NCBI RefSeq assembly: GCF_000150275.1
Contig: NW_002060949.1
Span: 5,747,535 to 5,811,534 of the forward strand
DNA length: 64,000 bases
Reading direction: 5' to 3'
DNA from: Trichoplax adhaerens
Taxonomy: Eukaryota > Animalia > Placozoa
Position 1 is the first letter of the stretch; the number at the start of each line of letters is the position of its first letter. Positions 43,666-59,591 of this stretch are shown here, piece after piece. The translations under genes and the position numbers were made by a program. The notes beneath the pieces are model-generated. The model did not search any database. It was not told where the DNA came from and saw only the letters and a program-made list of their open reading frames with translations.

Positions 43666-46600
43666 ACTTGTGCTGCGCTGTTGCAACTGAGTAACGAAGA
43701 CTCGCCAAGGCGGATCAGGTAATCTGTATGACTGTACAGTACAGAGTACAGTAGAACTGCGAGTCAGCGAGTTCATGTACTGTACACTGTACACTGTACT
43801 GTACCGTATGGTAAGGTGAAGCGTAAAAGCAGGTCATCCTCACCCGTACTGTACCGTAGAAAGTCCGGCAGCGAAACCGCACACTGGACAGTATGTAAGG
43901 ATCAATAGCGAGCGCATGTTTATTTATTTATTTTATACTGTACCGTAATGCAAGATCAGGCGTTACGTACAGTATAGTACTGTACTTTACAGTGTACAGT
44001 ACGTATGATACAGTACAACATCGTCAAAGGAAGGTACTGTACACTGTGCAATGTACACATTAGAATCACGTTATCACGTATGCACGTTATGACCACAAAG
44101 CGTTTACATAATCATGGACATCAGGGTCGTTCATGGGGTCCCGCGAATCGACGAATTCTCTCTTTTAGTAGTCCCTGATCGAATGGATTCATTTCGTCAT
44201 CTATTTTATTATAGGGTATTTGTTCTAAAGACTAAGATAGAGCGTCCACAATCATAACACTGGTCGACAATTTATTTGTAAATACTACTAGAATAGTATT
44301 TTAACATTCTAAAACGCATTCAGCATTCAACGTTATGTTGTGGGGTTGATGTTGGGGGTTGTCTCCCAAAGCCCCCGGATTACAGTACAATGCTTTTATT
44401 TCGGGTGAAAGGTGAAGGTTCACGGCTAGATGCTAACCTACGGTTAACTTGCCGTAACTCTTAACGGATACGTCTGACTCTGTCATGATAACAGGATATT
44501 CATTGCAGTACAGTACTGTATAGTACATTGAGCACTGAGTGAGTAACTATACGTACTGTACGTGTCGAGTTCGACTAGGGTCCGAACCAGACCAGGCCAG
44601 ATCATAAAGACCTCTACGGTCTACACCCTCTACAGTACGTTTCTGAAAGGCTTACAGTACAGTACGATGTACTGTACACTGTACCATACTGGAAAGCACT
44701 CCATTGATAAAGTGGTCAATGGGTTGAAAGTGTTTTTAGTCGAAAACGATTCCTTATTTACTCTAACGCCAACAGATTTTTCAATGCAATTTTGCAAGTA
44801 CAGTACTGTAGTCTCTGGTTATGAGAGTGTATCCTACTGCAATCAGTTGTTACGTATTTAAGGATTGTACGCAGAGATAGGTTGAGGGTACAGGAATGAG
44901 TAAGACCTTTCGATGTAGTGGTCTATTATGATGAGCTATTACGTATTCATTGATGCAATCAATTGAACTGTTTTAGAATCATAGTTACTCTACGATATAT
45001 ATAGCTGTTTAAGACAACAATAGGCATGAGATTATTTCTACGGATATTCTAGGCTTTTCAACCGGCTTTGAAGTGTTAAACAGTCAATCTGCAGTAATGA
45101 ATACCGTATATTGGTGACACACTACACTCGATACTTTGGACATGAAGGGTTATAACCAGTCGAGTTGATTGCTAAAATTCGACACGATGGCAGAATAAAA
45201 TTTTATTTGAAGTTGTAAAATTATTTTTTCGATATAGCATTTCAGCTATAAGTTATACGCACAATATATATATATTCAGTTCGGAAATTGAATGTGAGTG
45301 GATTGTAAAATTTGAACTGTATCCGTTTTATAACGGGTACTACCAAATCAATTAAGATTAATCTTAATTCGCCTTAGTCTATTCTTTTTTTTCATTGTGT
45401 CACGTTCGATGTATGCCTGCTTATGGTACGTAATTATAGACCGCGAACTTATTACAATTGATTACAGTTGACCGCTTCTTTCTAAAATGAGTGAGTTTGC
45501 ATACAGGTACTTCTGGCACGAACCAACAAGTAGCACTATGCTTACAATACATTCAGTAGTTCCGCTAACAGGCCTATTTCCGCAATAGCCCATCACAGAA
45601 TCCCGTAAAATGGTCGATGTACAACCTTACTGATGATTATTAAGAATTCTTCTTAAACATGGTATTAATATCCTTACGAATATTTTACAGTCATTTTGGA
45701 TAGTATTTGGAATAAATTTTTCTTTGCATTTATTGATTACTTTGGAGAATTGTTCATTATAGAGTGAAAAGCAAGATTCTATTAGAGACTCGAGAAAGCA
45801 TGGCTGATCGTAAATTCATTTACCTGCACTATAGCAATGCAAAATGTAAAAAGTGCTATAGTAATATACATGGACTTTGCAATTATAATTATAAGATCCC
45901 AGTGGCATAAATGATTTGAAATAAGCCAAGTTATCTTATTCTATCTCAGTGCTGATTGATCTCAGCCAGCTGTTTGTTAATCTCTGCTAGCAACCTACAG
46001 CAGATATACGGAAATATGCGTAAGCACTCTCCTTTCATTAATTAATTAGTGAATTATTAAATATACAAATAATTTCTTAATGCAGAGGATACTATAATTA
46101 AAGGATACTTGTTATCATTTAACGAAGCAACTGGTAGTTTGGTATCCTATAACCGGGTCTGAAGTATAAATTAATTAATATATATAAGCTTATATACTAA
46201 AGTTGCGTAACGTATACTTAACGATAAAAAAATATAATTAAGACTTATATCACAAATAAAGTCAAGAATAAAAATAGTGTCCATGTCTGTACATCTATAG
46301 TATGTATAATTAACTGATCAATAATTAATTTAAAATTCGGCTTAGTGGTTTATTATGGAAACTAGGATTATTATTTTAGAGATTTACGCATAATATTATC
46401 GTAGCATTGATTATACTGTACAGTGTACGGTGTACAATCTACTGCATCTATTGTACGTTCCATACATCTTCTTAGGCATGTAGTAGGCATATGTACAGTA
46501 AGTATATAGTAGCTAGCATTTCTCGTTTCTGTTGTGGTAGCTTGTGTGTAATTAACTAATAAAAGATAAAACTAAATTAGGTGCTCTCCAAACTATCGAC

Positions 46601-48133
46601 TGTGTGAGTGCGACTACTGAGTCTGGTGAAATATATACGCGTATGCAGTATACTGCATATACCACGTTACTGATCTAGAGATATATTGTATAGATATATA
46701 TATACATAATATATATACTCTGGAGGTATAAATTACGCAAGGCACACTTCAGGATATTTATACTTTCATCTTAACAATCACTGGAGTCTACGTATATGTG
46801 ACTATATACTGTGGAATGTACAGTATACGGTATAGGCTATAGTACTATAGTTCATCTTTATCATGGCTATTTAGCTGCTTCACAAACTAGCAGTAAAACA
46901 AACATAAACTTATTTATATTATCAACTATCTATACAGTACGTACACTATACGCTATCGATAAACAGTCGGTTGAAACGTATATCATCTCAATTTTTCGGC
47001 CTCGACATCATCTCAGGATATATGATACATGATTATTTTAAACATCTTCTTCGACAACACTAGACGCTCGTCAATAAACATATACTGTATATAATAACAG
47101 TCGTCCTCTATTATCATCGTGGCTCTGTAAAAAATTACACACAATCACCATATCTAATTTTAGGTTTCGGCGGCATGAAAAGCCAAGATTTAAAAAGGAA
47201 ATAACGTCTTTAAGTGATGTAACAACTCTTAAATCAATATTCTGCTACTATCGTCGCACGTGAAAGATACAAATTTTACAGTACCGACACTTTGAAATCT
47301 TTAATCACATTACAATTTCTTGCTTGGCACTACGATGATCCTATAATAATAGTGGAACAGAGAACGCCAATTAACTTTAAACTATTTCAAATTTTTATGT
47401 AATAAAACTATACTAGTACCCAAAACTAATCCTAGCACTCTATTATAGCTCTAGTATCAAGAAGCACTGCATGGTAATTAAGTAACTCGTATAATAACAA
47501 TATCGAACAAGGTACTAAAAGGCACTGCTATCAAAAAATGATCTGGGTGTTAATTTCAAGTAAGTTCTTTTTATTTTGACACCATGTTCACAATCTATCT
47601 TCAATACTCCATACATTATTAAACTCATCGAAAGGAAAGCTTCGAGTAGTAATGATAAAATTCTTTTATCTGTCTTAAGTGATATCACATTCCGTATCCA
47701 ACAGCGCTACCACAAGAGCATGCTGAAGTGATCACCTGCTAGTACTTAACAGTAGGAATCACATTTAACATTGGTGAAAATTATTAATATAGTACTGGAT
47801 ACAGTCACGATCTTTTCCTAGTTACTACGGCAACATCAACCTTGGACATCCATCCATCAAAAGACTCCTTTAATACTAGTTATCAACAATTGATCTAAAT
47901 TATTTAAATTCTGAGAGCCATCTTGTATCTTAAATGATAACCTTCCTTTTCTTTTCCTGGTGTTGATAACGATTTCACTGCTATTGGAAACTATCTTAAA
48001 AAACATATATCCTGACAATTGTCGGTTTTTTTGATTTGCTACATTAAGTTTCATTACCTGTAATAACCTGTTGTCTCTCAATCCGCTTCCTTACTTCCTT
48101 TTATAATTATCTCGCTATTTGAACTATTCTACT

Positions 48134-49573
48134 ATGGCCTTAACTTTCGATCAAAAAAAGTATCAACTTAGCCTTAAAGATCGATTCGAGATTATCGTTG
48201 ACGATCTTAAAGAAAGGAAAAAGTTAAAAATTTTAGAATTGATCTGTGTAACACCGTTATTTTTGTTAGGCCTTATCGCTGATATAATGCTTTTAGTTGA
48301 TATTGACAGAAGATCAAGTTATCTTGAAACGATCATCAAGAACGAAGGATTAGTTGTTAATACGTCAGGATTCGATTTGAATACAACCACTGTTAGCAGT
48401 AATTGTTCATCTATTTACAATGTTGGAAATTTGAGTAATGATTATCTGGATAAACGGAGGGCGTACTGCTTTTTTTTCTTTTTATATTTAGTTATCGTTT
48501 TGTCATTTTGTACTTGTTTCTATATTTTAATTCATTATCCTGAGGCAATGAAGGAATATTATTCGTTTAAAGTTGTCGCAAAACTTTCAAAATTTTTTAT
48601 ATTTCTATGGAATGCAGTGCCACAAGCCTGCTTAGTAGTAATTTTGTATAACCTAGATAATAAAAATGACGGTATAAATTGTTTATATGGCACCATTACA
48701 CCGGAAGCCACAGCTACTAGTATGCCTGTAGTGGTAAGACCTTTTCACTCAAGCGTTCAAGATCTAAAGTTGGTATATGTATTGCTTTGTGCGTTCTACA
48801 TGATGGCAGTTGGCATTTATCATGGTTACTTTGTAGCAAAGCCAATCAGGGATGATATTTGTGGAGGTGATAGCATTTGGCGTTCTTATACTGCCTGTTC
48901 AAGAATCATATGGTACCTAACTGTTGCCGTTGTAACTGCTATATTCTCATTTCCTATCGCAATAACAGCCAAGGAAAATCCTGTTACTCAGTTAACTGGA
49001 TCAGTTTTAACGTACTTCTTAATATTCTTACTATGTTTATTTGCACTAAGTCTTACTTTCGTATCTGTAACACTTGATTTGTATGAAAACTATTTACAAG
49101 AATATGTTCCATTTACTGAAAAGTTAACTAGTCCCATATTTTATTACATTATTAATCTCTTTCTATCGTGTATTATTACGCCATTGGGCTTCTTTGTAAT
49201 CAATCTTGCGGAGTTTATTCTAATATTTGCATCTTTTTATATTTACTACCGAACTATAAAGAAAGGTAGTAAATTAATATCAAATTCATATAAATTCGGC
49301 CAAGATCCTCCGCCAAAATTGGATACTGACGGCATTACTTATAGAAAAGATCCCATCGTGGATAATAACAACTATATTTATCGTCCCAATGATCAGTTAA
49401 ACAGCAACACTCTAAATGGTACGCACATTCTAGCTATGAAAGATGAAGAACTCAATCGAAAAATTCAATTTGCACATGGCGATAACGCTACAATTGACGA
49501 AAATGGCAAAACTCTAACTATTAGAGCACCTTATTATAACGTTATATATTCAGTTGATGAAAGATTAGTGTAA
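48134..49573 (+). CDS. Intronless multi-pass membrane protein of unknown family (~479 aa from ATG 48134)
   Basis: 1.4-kb ORF in very AT-rich DNA; roughly 8-9 hydrophobic segments; N-glycosylation sequons (NTS, NTT, NCS, NLS) in the loop after TM1; hydrophilic C-terminal tail. Confidence 0.8.
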   Translation: MALTFDQKKYQLSLKDRFEIIVDDLKERKKLKILELICVTPLFLLGLIADIMLLVDIDRRSSYLETIIKNEGLVVNTSGFDLNTTTVSSNCSSIYNVGNLSNDYLDKRRAYCFFFFLYLVIVLSFCTCFYILIHYPEAMKEYYSFKVVAKLSKFFIFLWNAVPQACLVVILYNLDNKNDGINCLYGTITPEATATSMPVVVRPFHSSVQDLKLVYVLLCAFYMMAVGIYHGYFVAKPIRDDICGGDSIWRSYTACSRIIWYLTVAVVTAIFSFPIAITAKENPVTQLTGSVLTYFLIFLLCLFALSLTFVSVTLDLYENYLQEYVPFTEKLTSPIFYYIINLFLSCIITPLGFFVINLAEFILIFASFYIYYRTIKKGSKLISNSYKFGQDPPPKLDTDGITYRKDPIVDNNNYIYRPNDQLNSNTLNGTHILAMKDEELNRKIQFAHGDNATIDENGKTLTIRAPYYNVIYSVDERLV

Positions 49574-50527
49574 TTTTTTACTTGATATTAATCTAATAAC
49601 ATTCTGTTGTACTAAAACTTTCTATATATAAACTAGAGTAATTATGTAAAAAACAGGCATATATCGGATCACTCTACACTTTGCAACTAATCTTATCCTG
49701 TACTGATATCAAACTGTTCGTCCTCAAACAAACATGATTTTATTGCATGCTTTTTGATTATGACTCTTAACTATATGTATCATGTGTATTATGTCAGTAT
49801 AGCGGATTTTGATAAGTACCCGTATATACAATTTCTTACAATGTAAATTAGAAGAATAATTATTCAACACTTTAAAAAAGTATTCAAGAACGTCTACGTA
49901 GCCAGCTTAGGCAAGAGAGTTACTTTATCTTTTAAAATTTAATGCCTGTCTATACCGTACGTAAATACCCGTAGAATATGCATCCCGTTTGGTAACATAC
50001 TGTACACAGAAATACACGTAAATTAGTATAATCATATCGAGACGTTTCTTTAGCATAAATTTCATCAATAAAAACAATTGCATATCGTATATCGCAAAAT
50101 AAAGTATTGCTATCTAATAAGATCAAATCTAAACAATTCTAGAAAAGTTGCCTATACAATTAATTACGATTCTCCATATCATAGATTTATTTGTTGTTAC
50201 AAGGAAATCAGAAATTATTACCAGAAACAGTTTTTGTAGCTAACATCTAGTAAGTTGAGAAAATTTATTTTATGTGATCGAACTGTATTGTCTCATTAAT
50301 ACCCCTCATTGATCTTGGTTTATAAGAATCTATGTGATGCTAAAGCATTCTCCACTAGAAAATGAGCCAAATACAGTACCACAACAACTGCATGAACAAT
50401 TTAAAATGTTATCATTATCTAACGTACTGAGTGCGTTATACAATACAACATCAATTCAATAGCTAATTTTATCTCCAGATCATGACGTGCTCGATTAGTT
50501 TATAAAAGAAATAGTGACCAAATGCAA

Positions 50528-52473
<1,946 letters not shown>

Positions 52474-54272
52474 GAGATTTCAACCTGATACTGTAATGTA
52501 AAATTGATTTATTTTAAAGTTTTAAGATCACAGATGCATATAAGCTATTGTAAATGTCTTCTGGCTCGAATAATATGATACTGTAGGTCTATTTTTAGAG
52601 TTGATCACTTTCAGTTAGTACTGTGATCCGTTGCTGCAATTCACGATGAGTGTTATTGTCAACATGAAACTGCAGTTGCAAGCGATTGTAAGATCATGAT
52701 GGCTAAACATAGCTAATCCATACTATCTGATATCATTTTCTCCATACGATTGAATAATAACGTACTAGTTTACAAAACCAATCATCATATTTACGAAATG
52801 GATTAAGTTCATCGTAGACTAAAGCACGCTACAATCGCCAGCTATTTACTACCAAGAAATGAAGAGAACTATCGTGCTGTACAGAACAATAGATTTCAGG
52901 TAAGATCGACAGGTACAGTACTGTATATCATTGCAGCCAGTCTAGGAAATTTCGATCAGTATTTTATCTATTAATTTATCGATTAGAACTCGATCATTAG
53001 GTTCAATTTTGTTCTAATGGCTCAATTTAACCATTTCTTAAAGAAAGCAAGACAACTTACCGAACGACCGTTAAGCACTCTCACGTGTCGCCAAATAAAA
53101 AAAAAATTAATAAAACTATTTCGGAGCATGGGCGTTGGGAAATCGCTGTGCTTGGTAGTTGGTAGTAGACTGTATTTAATTGAATCTACTGTACTGTAGT
53201 GTAGGAAACGGCACACCGTTTAGTGTACACTGTACAGTATGGACAGTACTGTATGTAGAAAATATACTACTGGTATTTCTAGTTAAAATGCCAACGGTTG
53301 TTGACTGTACTAATAATGTGCAGGCTGATTATTTGATTGCCCATTTCAACTGAATGGTAAGGGCAATAATCTGTCCGCGATTGATATCCAAATTAGCTGC
53401 TAATGTAGATTGGTTTAGTAGTCCATGGTACAGTACTGAGTGCATTAGATGGTACAGTACTGTAAGTAAACATGGGCAGAAGTTTTCTCTACACTGTGTA
53501 AATAATTATTTGAAATAATTAAATTATTAATTCATTCATTAATTCCTGTGTAGCTTAGTTTGTAAAAATTGATCAAGACAAAAGAGTCTGTGATTAGACT
53601 GAATAATCCCTAAGTGCAGCAGCCTACTGGTCCAACACTCCATGAAGAACTCTAGTTAAGCAAGAGTGCAGACAGTTACTTATACAAGCACATTAGGTTA
53701 CAGTTCTGGAGTAAGGATTTAAGTTAATTCAATTTTCAAAACACAAATATGAGCAATCCTACCATTGACCAGTCATACCAAACAATTTTGTATGTGTGCA
53801 ATCTAAAAGAAAAGAAAACGTATGGACTGCACACAGTAGCTGCAGTACTTTACTAGACCAGGAGTAGAAACCCCCTTGAATGAACGGGGCTTTACTTGAT
53901 CAGGCAAGGCCAAAATGTCGAAAAATACTTAATGTATTTACTAATTGAAGAATATTTATGATATTGCATAATACAACGGCGGTATGTAAGAAGAACTTTA
54001 TGAAATCGATTAATCGAGTATCGCCATATTGGCATATCAATAACTGGAAAGAATTTGCAATAGTATTTTGACGCCCCAATATCCGTCCATCCGATACGGA
54101 TAGAACAGTCCTGTATCCGGCTGTCCATTCTACAGTACAGTACTGTAGAGCTTCTTCTTTACAGTGCAGTGTACAGTACACTTTGTACGGTATGGTACTG
54201 TGCACTGTGTGCAGTATTGCCGCCAAAGACGATGAAAACTCATTTCGAACAAATTACCCTCTCTCAATAGAT

Positions 54273-57200
54273 ATGGCCACAAATTATAATGGCATCATCA
54301 TTAAATCTTTCAAGTTGCATGGCTTACTACTTAGTAGGTAAGTTTCGACACGAACTGATATGACACAGCTACATTATGATAGAGCTCGTATAGTGAAAGA
54401 AATATTTGGTAACCGTAGGACGGCTGCGATTGCCAAGTTGCTACATGAAGTTGATATAGCAGTGTTCCTCTATAGCTAAACTGTCGGTCATGTTCTGACT
54501 ATAATCTTCCGACAACGAAGTGTGATAACATCGATGTTAGATCAATCTTTATGCGTTTACAACATACAGTACATGGGCAGATTACAGCAGTGTATGTCTA
54601 CCCTATGTTATAGCGATAATATTGAATACTAGTTATCATAAGTTACCAGGTTGATGTTTGGTATAACCTGCTACATCCAGCTACAGTACAGTAGAATTAA
54701 GTGTACGTACTTTTGATTATAATTATATTATTATTGTTGATTACAATGACGTACGTATATGCATAGAATTATGCCTTACACTGCGCTTTCTTCGTCATTA
54801 GTGAGGCCTGTAGATATTTAAATGAAAATTTGCCAATATCACATGGATCTAATAAAGAAAAATTAAATGAAAATTTGCAATTGATTATCGATGCGTTACA
54901 AAGGCAACCTTGTTAGTAAGCTCTGCATTTGTAGCTAACAGATTTGGCAATGATGTTCGATTTTCGCGCCAAACTTAAGATCTTAAATATTTTAGACGAA
55001 CTAAATTGAAAGTTTTATAAATAATACAGTAACTTAAATTAAATTTCCTAGCATCGTCTACTATTATCGACAAGGGACGTGTAGAATCAGCAATTCAAGA
55101 ATGCCAACAAAATTCTCATGACGAGCAGAGGTTAGCATATTTCATTCATAGCCACTTGTTGCATTGCATGTGTGCTAGATGACTGGTACTGATTGAGCTG
55201 CAAAACTGTAACTTTTCTAAAGCACATAAATAACGGTATCATCTCTATTGCCCGTTGTTTAAATTAATGTTACTGTGCTCAGTAATATGCAGATGATGCT
55301 TTACATGTACTTTTACTGTGTGTCCAATATGCTTTAACTTATCACATCATTATTTCTTCTCTTTCATAACTACAGCAAAATCTTCAATGTTATTAATATC
55401 TTCAAGTAAGGAAACATCTACTGATATCCTGTATATCATTTCAATTGCTCTATTACTTTTACTATCAAATTGCTATTGCAGAATAGCTAAAATCTAACAT
55501 TAATTAGCAAAACGAAATTATCCTCGATCTTGATATTAAACATTGTTATTCTCTATGTAATGCGTTGATTTTATTAGAACTCCAAAATATTATTATAATA
55601 CGGAAAAAAAGAAATTCCTACGGTAATAGCCGTAAAAATTGCTGGCTGTTTTTATTTAATTTAAAAAAGACCGTCAACACATTCTTTAATTATTGATAAC
55701 GTTTATCTAATTGTAATACATCAGTGGCAATGATGATACTAACACTTTTGGATTAGCGAAGGACAAGGCAGCATACTTTCGAGAAAGATATAACCTTATC
55801 TATCAGGTAATTACCATCGTCTAGACTTTATGATCAATGCAGGATATTACATTAGAATAAGATCTATTCTTAATCATAGCACTGATTGACTGATATAGCG
55901 CCATCAAATACTGCTGTACTGATTAAAGTTACTACCTTATCTACTCGTAATTAGAGAACTATCCGTCATGATCTATTTTGCCCGTCGTCTACGGGTAATA
56001 AAAATATCGACAAATATCGTCAGCAACAACAATTTGAGGTAGAGAAGTTGTAAGCCTTAACCGTTTTAAATATTATGCTATACAGTAGGAGTCAACAGGT
56101 TATATTACACGGAATCGATAGCTGTGCATAAGTAAGATAGGATAACTTTATTCTAGGTAGAAAGAATGTCATCGCGATTATAGATAATAGCGAATATAAA
56201 TAATTAAATCAAATTACTCTTTTTCACAGTTAAAATCCATAGAATATCTTTTATCAACTAGTAGAATAGAAGACAAAATCGTAGTGCTTGGTATGATTAC
56301 AAGGCACAGGGAGGTAATACTTGTATAATACCCAAAATAGCTTTATATTTGTACTTAAGGTGCTGAGCTAGAGGCCCTGTTTCCACTCTTTAGGGAGGTT
56401 TCGCTCTCGAGGACATTACCGGAATAGTAAAGCTTGATATATCGAAGACCTTATTTCACGCTGGCTTATTTACTGAAGCATGTTTTGTATTGGCGGAGGG
56501 TGTATACGAAGATGACGTATTTCGGGCCTCAGCTATTGGATTTCCACCAGCTGAACCTGCTAAAAGCTTTTACCGACATTTCGGTGATATTAATTTGTTC
56601 GGTGGTCCCTTCACTAGAAGTTTTAAATTTTCGGTAATTCAAATATTTTTGAGTTATACCTATATCTCTAAGATTACAAATTTGTACCGTAATTATTTTT
56701 TTTTCATATAGATTAATTTAAAAGCAGTTGAAGAGCATAATTCTGGTACTATGCTAATCTTTTTATCTGATGTCTGGCTCGATCAATCAAGTGTATGTTA
56801 TCCTAATAATGAAACAAATTTTTGTCTTTTCATTAGTCTTGCTTTCTTCTGTCATTGTAATTAATTATCCACTACTGTATATATTTGTATGCTACTTTGC
56901 GCTAATACATTGCAAGATTTTAGAAAATTTGTTTTTTACTATAACCAGGTATTAGATAAACTCCGTACTCTTTTTGCTGGGTATTCAAATGCTCCTCCTA
57001 TGGCTTTTATTTTAATCGGAAATTATCTTTCTACACCATACGGGTACAAAGAATCTAAAATTATGAAAGGTGATTATCTGCGAAGAATAGTAACTTTCTG
57101 TCTATCTCCTCCAAGTCAAAAATGCTAATATTGCTACTGCTCCGTTACGTAGAGTGTCTTCAAACATTAGCAGACTTAATTTGCGAATTTCCCAATATCA

Positions 57201-58408
57201 AAGAAAGGTATTAAACGAATTGCCAATAATAGTAGTAAAAGTAACACATCCTGAAGTAACTAGTCAATGTTATCTCTAGAAGTCACTTCGTATTCGTCCC
57301 TAGTATCCATGATGTAGGATTTGGGAATATCTTACCTAGGTTTGTTTGTAAAGATATTTATTTTTTTTTCACTTGTTTATTTGTTGCTCTTGAATGAGCA
57401 CATACGTATTATAGTATAATATATGAATTATTTTATGTTGGATTTTTTAGACCTCCACTTCCTGAGTCGGTAACCGCTGATATAAGAGAGAGGCTTCCGT
57501 GGGTAGACTTTGCATCTAACCCTTGCCGGTAAAATTAATTTTTAATATCCACGTTGTTTTTATATTTTATGTGTGATCAATGATTTTTGATTATGGCTTT
57601 GCAGTATTCAGTACTGTACACAAGATATCGTTATATTTCGAGAGGATATGATTGGAAAAGTTTGCAGAAACTGTATTCACATCCCAGAAGATGGAGAGGA
57701 TATCCCATCACATGTACAGACTAATTTTTAAGCTATGTTGCAAAGTACTAGGTTCGTAGCATATGATACATGTACATTATACTAAAGCAGGAATAACTTA
57801 TAGTTTGTAAGGACAATTACATCTCAAGGCACCTTGTGTCCTTTGCCGTTAAATGTCTCGCCAGTTTATTGGAATTACTCTTATGCTTTAAGCTTATACC
57901 CATCGCCGGACTTGGTATAGTTGTTTAATAGATGTAATATTATGAGAATTACCAATGTAATATCGGCATAGACACGTATGAAACATAATGTATATTGTAT
58001 AGGTCGTTTTAGCCAATAATTACGAACCTTTTGAGATTTCTCGAATTGGAAGCTTATTTATAAATCCTGTAAGCCACTTAACTTTATTGAAATCTTTATA
58101 AAATATCTCCTTTAGATCGTTTAAGGATAGTCTATGCAAATTGTTATTTGTCATTTCTGTCTCGAACCTATTATCTGTTTTTATTAAGGGTTCGTTTTCA
58201 AGAAATGATTTCTCCTTTCAAGTTTACCTACCATCTAGTCGCGAGGCCGAGAAAAGGTCAGTATTAAAATAGTAATTCTATTTGAAGTTACTACTCTATA
58301 ATATTAAAATAAGCTTTTGACAAACGAATATCTCTTACGCTTTACTCAAGATATCTTAATTCTAAATATATATTTTCCCTCGAAAAATATAGTCAAGTAC
58401 CACACTGA
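54273..58408 (+). CDS. POLE2: DNA polymerase epsilon subunit 2 (Dpb2), multi-exon
   Basis: [108 protein letters not shown]; stop TGA at 58406-58408. Confidence 0.93.
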
Positions 58409-59591
58409 ATAGAATAAAACAATGTGGTTAATCGATCTGGTGCCAAATCTGTAAGGAAAGCTATAAGAGAAATATTAAATTCAAGCTACGACTACACCTT
58501 GGCATATGACATTGTTTATAATTGTCAATAACGTATCTGATCCTCCGATTAACAAAAGACTAATTGTAAATTATCAATCTGGCAACCCAATTTTACTATA
58601 TTCGTATTAGCTATAAGAGTGATTCGTAATGTATTTCTAGTGATCAATATTGTATATTATTAGTAATAAAGGTAGAGAAGTAAATCTGAATTAAATAAGA
58701 GTACAACATGCAGACATCGTATTGCATTTAGAATTATTAGGTTATTGTCTCCATAGGCGTTTTGTTATGTTGATTTGAGTAATTGACGTATATTGACGTA
58801 CGACACTGTCAACGAAAACAGATACCAAAGCAAAGAATGTTCTTTGATCTATTTGGACGAGCGACTGTCCTGGGTTTTTAGATATAGTATATCCGTTCTT
58901 ATTACGGTATCTATATTATGACAAGTATTTATTACTATACCGATCTATTGATTATCATCAAGGACAATGTATAAATACCAACTATGAGCATAAATGCTGG
59001 TCAAAACACGGTCGTGTACAGTATTACAGAATGCGTTTAACTTTTTTTAATATTATTTTTAATTATAATTGATATCAATATGTAAATCGATTCTCTATCC
59101 GCTGATTTGGTTCATGTATGAGTGATACCGTGTTAGCTAATGTAAAGTTAATGAGCTCTGTTGAGGTATATAATAAACTTTATTATTAGAGATGCAGTAT
59201 AATTTTAAGCTGATCTATAGTACTTTATGTCTTATCACTGGGCCTCCCCCGGAAAGGCTTTTTTGGGCATGTACCTCACTGAATCGTCCCTCTTTATGCA
59301 CGGTACGTTAGCATGAGGGATTGGATTAGAAACAAACTCAGGCTGGAAATATGGTGATTTTGCTTACACGGAGATGCTGCAACATCAATCATAGCTCATA
59401 CCATATCAAAATAATGTAGTTATTGTTCTGTACTGTGTAGTGTATAGTGGATACGCGTATACGGTAAGGCGTGGCATCCTTGTCCTATAGACAGGTACGG
59501 AATGGGTGTAGCCTTATTAGTTAGTGAGCGGGGAGAGAAGTAAAAATTTTTTGTTGGATAGCCCTTGCTTAAAATAAGGTTAAAGTGGAGA

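Noticed and set aside
47590-47680. Minus-strand peptide ...FNNVWSIEDRL* resembling the C-terminus of the 48134-49573 protein (YYNVIYSVDERLV*)
   Set aside because: Too short and not supported by any further similarity; likely chance.
53892-54226. ORFs of 78-108 aa (also 43044-43794, 44562-44861, 9630-9968)
   Set aside because: They arise from low-complexity TACAGT-rich or homopolymer sequence, or are antisense or extensions of real exons; no domain signal.
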